In this document: positions 53,785 through 64,000 of the stretch, in pieces
Position numbering within the stretch: the first letter of the stretch is position 1
How the letters are laid out: every line of letters begins with the position of its first letter
From: Eledone cirrhosa
Taxonomy: Eukaryota
Reading direction: 5' to 3'
NCBI GenBank assembly: GCA_964016885.1
Contig: OZ024741.1
Span: 70,680,001-70,744,000 of the forward strand
DNA length: 64,000 nt
Notes under the pieces: model-generated
Told to the model about the DNA's origin: nothing
The model's input: only the letters and a program-made list of their open reading frames with translations
The model's database searches: none
Program-made: the position numbers and the translations under genes

Positions 53785-55903
53785 TGTAGCGGTTGTCTCC
53801 CTTGTTTGGATTAACATCTGGACGGGAAGTGGAACCCTTTCTGTAACTTCCGGCAGAGCCCTATAAAACGAATAGCTCTCGGTTCTCTGCCTCTCATTGC
53901 CCTTTCGGCACCAGGCCAAGAGCCTCTCATTTGGCCAACAGGCGCCTGGCCTTAGCCAGGCGTCCTCTGCCAGCCGCGTTTGCCTGGCAATCAAAACGGT
54001 AACGACTAACTTTGTTTCATTCTATCATCTATTTCTTTGACATGTCAACTATACTATCTACCATTGTTAATTAAATATTATACACACAAACAATGTATTC
54101 CTTGTTGCATTCATACAACCCAGTATCTTCGCTATATTGGTAACCCTGACGTGATACGAACACGCAGCCGTTCATCGCTATAAGTGGTCACCCCGAAAAA
54201 AGAAAAAAATAGCAGATCTGGTATTGTGTGAGTAACATTACGAATACACAGCAAATTTATCGACAAACTATGAAAATACTCAAAGAAACGGACACACGCA
54301 CATGTGGAATTCGCGTTCAGACAGACTTTTTCTCTCACGCATCAACTAACTGTCGCATTTCCCGATATATATTCTCGTTTCTTACAACGAACACTTTCAA
54401 AACAAAAAAAAATAAAAAACATTTCACGATATATATATATGTTTCTCGTTTCTTACAACGAACTCTTTCAAAACAAAAAAAAAAAGAAATTTGATATTCT
54501 TTAAAAAACATTTCAACAGGAACATTTATTTTCGATGAACCATTGCCTTTTTTTTTCATCGTTTTCTTCATCGTTCAAGTTTTTTTTCCAAAGTTCACAC
54601 CAATAATTATGCTGAGTGAAGCCTTTCTTTTTCATCATTGTCACTTTCACACTTGCACTATCATTTTCTCGCGCGTTAGAAATATTATTTTTTGAACCTT
54701 GTATTGGCACGTGTAGGCAGCACAAATTCTCGACTCACAGAGATAGCCGCACGCCAGAGATAACGTTTCTCGCCAAGGATTCTTCAGCCTTAAGCTATAT
54801 TCTCCTATTTGCCGGTTTAAAAATTTACTACGTAAATTTGCCGTTGAAAACTGCGCATTTATTCAGAATGCTTATTTCTTTGGTCGTTGGCCTCTTGACC
54901 TTTCCAGGTCAACGCATTCTCAACATCGACCATCAACTTCGGCTGCTATTTCTAGCACTTTGCGCAACTCATTTTTTCTGAAAAAAATTTTTTTTACTGT
55001 GAATTTAAACACCGAATACGCTCACTCAGCGAGACAACAGCAGCAGCAACAGCAATATAACAGCAACAGCAGCAGCAATACAGCAGCAACAGCAATACAG
55101 CAGCAACACCACCAGCAACAGCAACAGCAATACAGCAGCAACAGCAACAGCAATACATCAACACAGCTTCACCAACAACCAAAGCCAGAGAATTTATTTT
55201 TGCAGCACTCTTCCTGTGAGAAAATCCATTCGGAGGTTGGAAATTTCACGATATACCACAGAACAGAAACCACCTGCATTCATTCTCTGGAACACACTTT
55301 CTTTCCTTCTGTCATGTGATTGCACACCTGTGAACTATATTTGAACTTTGAGCCCTTCTCTTACTTTATTACATTGTATCTTTGGGTGATGGATAGATAG
55401 ATGTCCAGTCGTTCTCTGGCTAAGAGCGGTTGGCTACCTTGGTATCTATCATTGATTTTTGCAAACATTCTTTTGTCGTAATTTTCATGCCTGTTACAAC
55501 ATTCTCGCCAACTTGCTATATATTTTCATTCGATTTTTATATCCTAAAATTCTGGCGGGAGGTTATGTAGCGGTTGTCTCCCTTGTTTGGATTAACATCT
55601 GAACAGTGGAACCCTTTCTGTAACTTCCGGCAGAGCCCTATAAAACGAATAGCTCTCGGTTCTCTGCCTCTCATTGCCCTTTCGGCACCAAGCCAAGAGC
55701 CTCTCATTTGGCCAACAGGCGCCTGGCGTCCTCTGCCAGCCGCGTTTGCCTGGCAATCAAAACGGTAACGACTAACTTTGTTTCATTCTATCATCTATTT
55801 CTTTGACATGTCAACTATACTATCTACCATTGTTAATTAAATATTATACACACAAACCATGTCTCGTTTTGTTACATACATACAACCCAGTACTCTCGCT
55901 ATA
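53785..55903 (+). mobile_element. Non-autonomous LTR retroelement (Gypsy-type signals), about 2.1 kb
   Basis: LTRs at 53785-54136 and 55566-55903 (TGTAGCG...CGCTATA). PBS TGGTAACCCTGACGTGAT at 54138-54155 (tRNA-Trp type). PPT-like CTGGCGGGAGG before the 3' LTR, a TGTG target duplication, and no gag/pol ORF. Confidence 0.9.
55035..55180. repeat. (CAG/CAA)n imperfect trinucleotide repeat inside the LTR element
   Basis: Directly visible. Confidence 0.9.
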
Positions 55904-56494
55904 TGTGTATATGCGTATGTGGTATGCATCTATATATAAATCTGTGTCTATATTTTTGTTTATAGAGTTTGGGAAGTACTTACTGTGATCCCCAAGGGAT
56001 GTAGTAATTTTTTTTTTCATTCATGTCCACGCGTGGTTTGTAGGCGAAAATCAGATATACTTGGTTAAAGTAATGTTATGTTGAAACTGGTACTAATAGT
56101 CAGGGAACGGTCAAAGTATTTGTGATAATCAATATTGTAATCCATCTGACATGTGTTAAAAGGGCAGTTTTCAGCGATAATATTATATTTAGTTTGGGAA
56201 ACCGTGGTCTTTCCTCGTCGCCAACTTGTTTTCGGCTATTGTCTTTGTTCTTTTATTATTCATCCAAAAATTAACAGGAAGAAAAATCTAACAGTTGGTA
56301 GATTACCACAGCTTCTAGCAACGTTGCCACAGGAATAAATTAACAACTAAAATGTTAAACATAAATAATAGATTTCTTACACAGGTACATAGACAGAATA
56401 AAGTATCCGGAGAGACGGTTAAAATTAACAGAAGTCACTGCGAAGCGTCTGTCCACTTTTTCCGTCTATAGTGGTACATTACCTGACATTCTCA

Positions 56495-56543
<49 letters not shown>

Positions 56544-56849
56544 TCACTATTACTATAGTAATTTGCGTTGTGATGTACAGATTTCAAATTTATTATATTA
56601 GTTGTAGCGATGAAATTTTAATTGTTCACTGTTTTATTGGAATAGTGAGGGAACAATATTTCTCAGTGATGCACTGGCTATATAGTGAAACGCAAATCTC
56701 TCTCTCCCTCTCTCTCTGTGCTAGCCTTCTACGAAACACTTTGCCCAGATTTCCTCCTTAGAGAGTAACTTTCCAAGTTCAAACTCATGGTCAGACATAA
56801 CTTCTCAACACCAACAGCTAATCGACCTGTTTACGGAGTCCTTCCCTTC

Positions 56850-57719
56850 CATTGCGATCCCTTCCCCGTTGGCTTGGTGCTCCAATCACAGACCTTGCTT
56901 TCGAGTTAGACAATGTTAGACTCTCTCTAGAGTCCCGCGATCAGGCTGCGTTGCCCAAACGATTTGGGGGTCTTGGTCTTCGTAAGTGTTCGTCCCTCTC
57001 TCCCCCCTGCTTCCTTTCCTCCACCCTGGTGAGCAACATCCTCTCCTCCCCAACATGGACTAGTTTCAACAGGGAGTTGGATGAAGCTCTCCAACAATGG
57101 AGTGAGTTGGGCTTGTCTCTTCCAGAGAAGGTGGAGGACAGTTGAAGTTAGAGCTTGAGACAGCATAGGTTCGAAGGCCACCTTCGACTCCCTCTTCGTC
57201 CAGTCGGATCAGTTTGCAAGCTGCCGCTTACTATCTGCCAGCGCCAAGGTGACTGGGTTGATACCCTACTCGTGGCTAACGCTGGTGGCCTACTCAGCCT
57301 GGACGAACTTCGTGCCTCCATCGCACTCAGTGTAGAAGCTGACGTCTGCATGGGTTTGAGGTGCCGATGCGGCAAACTCCTCGATCCCACAAGCCTCCAT
57401 GCCTGAATGCTGGCCGCTTCGCGCGTCACACGAAGCTGAACCTCATTCTCAAGAGAGCTTTGGCCCGGGCGAACATCCCTCAATCTTGGAACCATCTGGG
57501 CTGTCCAGAAGTGACGGCAAAAGACCTGACGGTCTTACCCTGTGCCCCTGGTCGAGAGGCAGATGCCTTGTCTGGGACGTCACTGTTAGTGACTCCTTTG
57601 CTTCTTCCCATATCATGGATGCTGCGGTTAGAGCGAGAGCCACAGCCGAGCAGAGCAAGACCCTCAAATACAACGATCTGTCAGCCAGCTACATTTTCCA
57701 GCCTGTGCTTTCCTTCTGA
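56850..57719 (+). mobile_element. CRE-clade non-LTR retrotransposon fragment (zinc knuckle and restriction-like endonuclease)
   Basis: QAALPKRFGGLGLR, CRCG...H..C..GRFARHTKLN and LEPSGLSRSDGKRPDGLTLCPWSRGRCLVWDVT; frameshifted. Confidence 0.8.
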
Positions 57720-57916
57720 AAGAATCACGAGCAGTCTATAATTTTATTTAAGCATTTGTAGTGTTATTCATGTATATATTTAACACATATGTGTGATAAT
57801 TCATACTTTCCTCATATTTTTTTCCGTATATAACCATTTATACTTTAACTTTTCGGACATGAAAAGAACGAAACTGTATAAATAATCAGTCTCTATTACC
57901 TATATAATGGTTTTCG

Positions 57917-58463
57917 TGGTAAGAAATATAACTGTTTCTACTTTTGGCACAAGGCTAACAAATACCCAGTGCATTACTGGTACTTTATTTTATCGACCCC
58001 GTAAGGATGAAAGCCAAAGTTAGCCTCGGCGGGATTTGAACTCAGAATGACAAGGGCCATAACTCTATGCGTCAAAGCATGGCGTCCGACCCTCTACCGA
58101 TACTGCCAATCCACCGCTCTTTTGGTAAGAAATATAACTGTTTCTACTTTAGGCACAAGGCCAGCAATACCCAGTACATTACTGGTACTTTATTTTATCG
58201 ACCCCGTAAGGATGAAAGGCAAAGTTAACCTCGGCGGCATTTGAACTCAGACTGTAAATGGACGTAACTATGCTAGAAAACATGGCGTCCAACCCTCTAC
58301 GGATACTGCCAATCCACTGCCCTTTTGGTAAGAAATATAACTGTTTCTACTTTTGGCACAAGGCCAGCAATTATCCCAGTACATTACTGGTACTTTATTT
58401 TATCGACCCCGTAAGGATGAAAGGCAAAGTAAACCTCGGCGGGATTTTGGTAAGAAATATAAC
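57917..58463 (-). mobile_element. Three tandem Nin/Deu-domain SINEs separated by the same 16-bp direct repeat
   Basis: TGGTAAGAAATATAAC at 57917, 58123, 58326 and 58448 brackets three SINE copies. Confidence 0.88.
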
Positions 58464-59839
58464 GGGAGATAACTAGAGACAGAAAAATATTCACATGAGA
58501 TAACGAGCGATAAAAGAATGTTGAAGGGAGATAACTGTAATCGATTTCAGTACAAATGGTCATCTTTGAAAATGCAGAGAGCATTTACGGTGTCAATGGA
58601 CCAGCTTGCAATAACTATCAAATCTCCCCCAAACTACACACTATAGTCTTAAAAGAGAAAAGGAATATTACTTAATTAGTCATAAATTGATATTTTCCTA
58701 AAAAGAAATGACTGAATAGTCATGGCTGGAGTATCTTTGATCAGGATTTACCTGGAGCTAAACAACAACTATAGGTAAGTATTCAGAATGTGATCTTGAT
58801 TATATATCCATGAAGGCGAAATGGCAAAGCTTTGGTCAGAATACCTCGACTCTCTGCATTCTGAGTTCAAATCCATCCGAAGTCAAATTTTCATTCATCC
58901 TTCCAGAATCAATTATCACCCTCTCTCTCTCTCTCAAACTTTTAATTCGAAATGGTGCCTCATTCATGTGTAGTGTAGTTTCGGTCGAAACTTAAACATG
59001 TCTTAAGAATATTTCTGTGTCCAAAGTTCAGACTTTGGTTTCCTTTAAAAAGTTGCACTGCATTACATTTCCATCAATTTCAGTTTACCCCTTGGTATGT
59101 AAAATATATACCACATTTTCAACACACACACACACATATTATATATATATATATATATATTAGAGAGACTGTAAAAATTAACCTGAAAATAAAAAGTAAA
59201 TATTGGATCTTCTGGATTTCTTGACGTCCTTGTTAAAGTGTTTCTCGATCTTAAACACTCATCGGGCTGAAATATGTCTTGGTTTCATGTAAGCAACTGA
59301 AAGTACAAGACTCACCCCGAACTTGTTGAAAGATTTCCAAATCCTTCCTCCTGCTGAGTGAACTTGAGTAATATTAGATGAAGTGCAATATTCAAGGTTA
59401 CAACATACCACCAAATCTGGGGATCAAACCCATGACTTACCCATACCCTAACCCATGCACTTTCAATAAGGCCTTTGTTAAAAGCTTGTAAAACAGCTAC
59501 AACAAATGACTTGATGTCTATCTTGGTTTCTAATTTCATATATTCTCATTATAACATTTATAACCTGTTAGTCACACTTGGGGATCTAGCCAGATAATTT
59601 GGAGGCAGTTGCTATTGATAGAATCTTCTGGAAGGCATGTCTGAATACTCTGCTCCCAGCATCACCCACCTACAATTCTCTTAGGAATAAGAGAGTAAAG
59701 AAGGAAAAGCTCAATATATTCTACTCTTTACAATTGTTTCTGTAAGCTGTTAAAATCAATTTCTCTGAAATGATAAAATCTAAAGTATTTTGTCTGTGGA
59801 AGAGCTCAAACGATTTTGCCAGTGAACAACACTATATAA

Positions 59840-60945
59840 TAATAATTGTTTCTACATTTGCACAAAGCCCGCAATTTGAAGGGAGGGGGTAAAGTCAATT
59901 AACTTATCCCCAGTGCATTACTGGTACTTTATTTTATCGAAAATGTAAGGATGAAAAACAAAGCTAACTTCGGTGGGATTTGAACACAGAAAGCAAAGCC
60001 TTTTGTCTGATGCTCTAACGAATCTGCTAATTCCCCACCTTCAATATAATAATAAAAATAATTGTTTTTACTTTAGGCATAAGGCCAGCAATTTGAAGGG
60101 GAGGGGAAAGTCGATTCAATCAACCCCAGTGCGTGACTAGTACTTTATTTTATCGACCCTGTAAGGATGAAAGACAAAGCTAACCTTCACGGGATTTGAA
60201 CTCAGAACGTAAAGAGCCATAACTCTATGCTGCAAAGCATGTTGTCTGATGCTCTAATGACTCTGCCAATCCAAACAAAATCAAGGTAATTCCTGTTGTC
60301 ATTGGAGTGTTGGGCTTGATGCCACTAAAACTGAAAGGGTTTCTTAAATAAATAGACCACAACTCACTAATTGCTCTCCTACAAAAGACTGCCTTGTTGG
60401 GCACTGCTCATATACTCATGAAAGTACTGTCTGTTTAAGGTCTTTGTTGAGACCAAACAAGCAGTAGAAGACCCGTAAATATCCTATTTACTATGCAAAC
60501 TATACATAATAATTGTTTCTACTTTTGGCACAAGGCCAGCAAATTATCCAGTACATTACTGGTACTTTATTTTATCGACCCCGTAAGGATGAAAGGCAAA
60601 GTTAACCTCGGCGGGATTGAACTCAGCATGGCAAGGGCCATAACCCTATGCGTCAAAGCATGGCGTCCGACCCTCTACCGCCAATCCACCGTCCTTGAGT
60701 TGTTTTATTTATACATAATAATACTAATGATTTTTACTATAAGCCCAAGGCCAGAAATTTTTGTGGGGAGGGGAAAGTCGATTAAACCGACCCCCAGTGC
60801 ATTACTGGTGCTTTATTTTATCAACCCTGTAAGGATGAAAAGCAAAGCTAACCTTGCTGAGATTTGAATTCAGTATATAAAGGGACGTAACTCTATGTTG
60901 CAAAGCATGTTGCCCGACGCTCTTCCGATACTGCCAGTCCACCAC
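59840..60945 (-). mobile_element. Cluster of four Nin/Deu-domain SINEs plus a + strand R4/Dong 3' fragment (about 60270-60480)
   Basis: Repeated GGTACTTTATTTTATCGACCC...GTAAGGATGAAA. The + strand reads VIPVVIGVLG...LQKTALLGTAHILMKVL. Confidence 0.8.
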
Positions 60946-61431
60946 TCTCATACATAATAATAATAATAATTGTAATAATATATAATATATATATAAAAAA
61001 TAAAACAACTCTGATAACAAAACATAGTTATGTGGTTAGTTTACCAGATTTTTTTTTTTTTTCCTTTTTTTTTTTTACACAAAATTCAGACTTTTTAAAT
61101 AACACAATGGACAGAAGACACCACCAAATATTAGTTTTGTATTTTTTTTCTTGGTGGATTTCTTTTTGTTTTTTCCTTGAATAATTTACTGGCCAGAAGA
61201 TTCTGACCACTGGAGTTTGTTTGTTCATTTATTTGATTTATATTTAACAGTTTTTGGTCAACTGGAAGAATCAGTTACCATTAACTTAACGTTGGGGTCA
61301 GTTTTATATTTTAATAATTCTTCAGTTTGTTATTTCTTCAACATTAAGTCAGTGTAAGAAGAATCAAGCTTACAGAGAGATATATAGAAAGAACTAGCAG
61401 AGAGGGGCATGCAGAGAAGGAATAGAGATAG

Positions 61432-61475
<44 letters not shown>

Positions 61476-61684
61476 AGAGAGAAAGAGAGGGGAAATAACA
61501 GAGAGAGATATATAGAAGTTGTATCAGAGAAACAGCAATTAAGAAAAATAAAGGGATAACAGAATGGAGAAAAAGAGAATAAGAGAAAATCAAGATTGAA
61601 AATAATTCAGAGATAGAGAGAGAGATTTGGTAATGTTGTTGATAATGTAGTTTGGTCAGGGAACAAGATATTGCCAGCCAGGAA

Positions 61685-62110
61685 AAATATGTATTCAAAT
61701 AAAATACATGGTTGAGGAGGGTGGGTTCAAATACAAGATGGGCATGACAGAATTTGTGTTCAACAATGGGATGACCAAGGAATGGGTGTATTCAAATAGA
61801 AGATATGGCCAGGGATGAGGGATGTTTTCAAATACAAAATACAGACAGAAAAAGGATGTGTTTAAATACAAGATTGGCAAAGAAGCAGATGTGTTCAAAT
61901 ATGAGTTGAGCAGAAAATGCCATGTTCATGTATGATATAGACAGGAAAGAGAGTGTGTCCAGATAAAAAGATGGGTGGGAAGAGAGTGTGTTCAAAGACA
62001 GGATACAAATAGGGAATGGCAGAGCTTCAAACACATGATAGAGACAGGAGAGGGCAGAAGTTGAAAGAAAAGTTGGGCAAGGAAGGGCATATGTCCAAAT
62101 TCAAAAGAAA
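61685..62110. repeat. Degenerate minisatellite of about 33 bp with conserved GTGTTCAAATAC core
   Basis: TTCAAA-type core at about 61694, 61726, 61759, 61791, 61827, 61861, 61894, 61925, 61958, 61991 and 62026. Confidence 0.7.
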
Positions 62111-62334
62111 GCGAACAATTGTGGATTCAAAAAACAAATTGTGGACAAGAAGGAATTTTATGAATAAAAAAATCTAATATATATATGTGTGTGTATATAT
62201 ATATGCACAGTATTGGTGTGATTGTATTAATATTAGTCATGCTTTGGAATCTTACCTAACATTCAGTTCCTCTTTGAAACAACTTACAAAAGTTAGGAAG
62301 TTATAAGGTCTCTCATCCTCAAAACAACAACAAT

Positions 62335-62393
<59 letters not shown>

Positions 62394-62396
<3 letters not shown>

Positions 62397-64000
62397 AAGG
62401 CTAGGGAAGCACCTAAATGATTGTGTAGTACAAGACATTCCAAGCTGGATGGTTGAAAGAAAGACAACTTTGATAATGAAGGACAAAAAGAAAAGTCCAT
62501 TAGTTTAAAATTACAGGCCAATTGATGCTGGGATTTGCTTTGGAAGCTATTGACTGGTATCTTTGCTGCAAAAGTGTATGAACACTTGCTTCAGAATGAA
62601 ATGATACCTGTCGAGCAGAAGGGATGTAGGAAAAATTCCCAGTGAACCAAAAACCATCTTGCGATCATGAATAACTGCAAAAGATGTCTACAGAATTTAT
62701 GTATGGCTTGGATAGACTCTAAGAAAGCCTTTGGCATAGCCCCACATTCATGGATATCGAAATTTTTGAGAATATTTGGGATAGCAGACTGTAATATTAA
62801 TGTAATGGAGTCTAGTATGCCTTTGTGGAAGACAAACCTGTGTGCAGGAAATAAACATCTGGGTGTGCCAATATAAGAAGAGGAATATTTCAAGGAGATT
62901 CCTTCATACCATTGCTTTTTGTGATTGCCATGATTCCATTATCAAAGGTCTTATGACATACAGATATTGACTATCAGATGGAAAACAGAGGATCTGAGGT
63001 CAATCATCTACTTTTCATAGATGATGAAGCTCTTTGGCAGGAATGAATCTCAGGTTGACTAGTTGGTCAAAACTGTCGACTGGTGTTGTGGGGACATTGG
63101 GATGGAGTTTAGTATTACAAAGTGTGCCACCCTAACTATGATAGAGGTAGGCATGTACATAGTGGTGGGACTAAGTTACCTGATAGAGAGTTGATTTATG
63201 ACCCTGAGGGGTATAAATATCTGGGTATTTTGGAGCTTGATAAAGTTCTAAATTAGAAGATGAAAGGAAAGTTGAAGGAAGTTTATTTAAATAGGTTAGA
63301 ACTATTACTGAAAACGAAATTGAATGAGAACTTAATTACTGCTATCAATGTCTGAGCTGTGCCAGTAATTGGATATTGTGTGAATATTTTGAATTGAACC
63401 AAAGAAGAGATAGAAAAGTTGGATATACTAATGTATAAGAAAATACTTAACAGTGGCACATTGCATCCAAAGGCAAATGGCATAAGGTTATGTATACTAT
63501 GTATACCACAGAACTTAGGAGGTCAAGAACTTGTAAATGTGAAAGATTGCATGGTTAATGAATGCAGATTCTTATACTTGTATTTGGCCAGTAGTAAAGA
63601 AGAACTTTTAATGTTGCCAAAAGCAGAGACCTATGCATTGATACTATTGAAAGTAAAGAAACTTTTTAAAAAAGAGACTGCTGGTGGACAAATGAGCACA
63701 ATGGAGAATATAGAATTACATGGTGAATTTGAAAGAGAAACAAAGGAAGTAAAAATAGGATCTTCATGAAATTGGTTGACAAAAGGTGAGCTTAAAAGAG
63801 AGACAGAAAGTTTATTAATAACTGCTCAAGATCAAGCACTAAACACAAATGGGATAAGGAATATGTATAAGCCAGATGAAACAAATGAGTGTAGGTTATG
63901 TGGGAAGAAGGTGGAAAGTGTGACACATACTGTGAGTGCCTGTGGCATGCTTGCATAGAGGGAATATAAAAGATGTCACAATAAAGTGTATTTATACCTT
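62394..64000 (+). mobile_element. Degraded R4/Dong-clade LINE (RT to zinc knuckle), preceded by a (TAA)n array
   Basis: EQKGCR, MAWIDSKKAF..PHSWI, RGIFQGDS, NHLLFIDD, YKYLGILE and ETESLLITAQDQAL...CRLC...H..SAC. (TAA)n at 62336-62393. Confidence 0.88.

Noticed and set aside
54960-55319. Poly-Q ORF
   Set aside because: CAG/CAA microsatellite inside the LTR element, with no splice or domain support.
61685-62110. CRISPR-like repeat-spacer appearance
   Set aside because: Eukaryotic context, a short degenerate core, spacers related to each other and no cas genes.

Overview
AT-rich, microsatellite-dense animal genomic DNA; the SINE, LINE and (TA)n content strongly suggests a coleoid cephalopod (Octopus), which is an inference. 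The only host gene is the 3' end of a laminin alpha chain (LanA / alpha3,5-type) on the + strand. I can trace 11 coding exons with consistent splice phases from the coiled coil through LG1 and most of LG2 (1701-20043), then LG5 and the stop (38496-40635). The exons for the end of LG2 to the start of LG5 are missing, and a 200-N gap inside a huge (TA)n array lies in that interval. The rest is transposon-derived: RTE, CR1-group, L1/Tx1, R4/Dong, CRE and Penelope-like retroelements, tRNA-derived SINEs, a non-autonomous LTR element, and mariner, piggyBac-type MITE and Chapaev-like remnants. Most interesting: (1) two different near-full-length CR1-group LINEs each join ORF1 to an ATG-less, -1-frame ORF2 through a textbook slippery heptamer (U UUU UUA and G GGA AAC), suggesting programmed -1 ribosomal frameshifting; (2) a U6 snRNA-RTE LINE chimera; (3) Penelope-type minimal hammerhead ribozymes, three with the same non-canonical CCGANGA core; (4) three different SINEs inserted serially at one target site; (5) an intact non-coding LTR element with a doubled primer-binding site. 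All coordinates were read by eye, and repeat boundaries are approximate.
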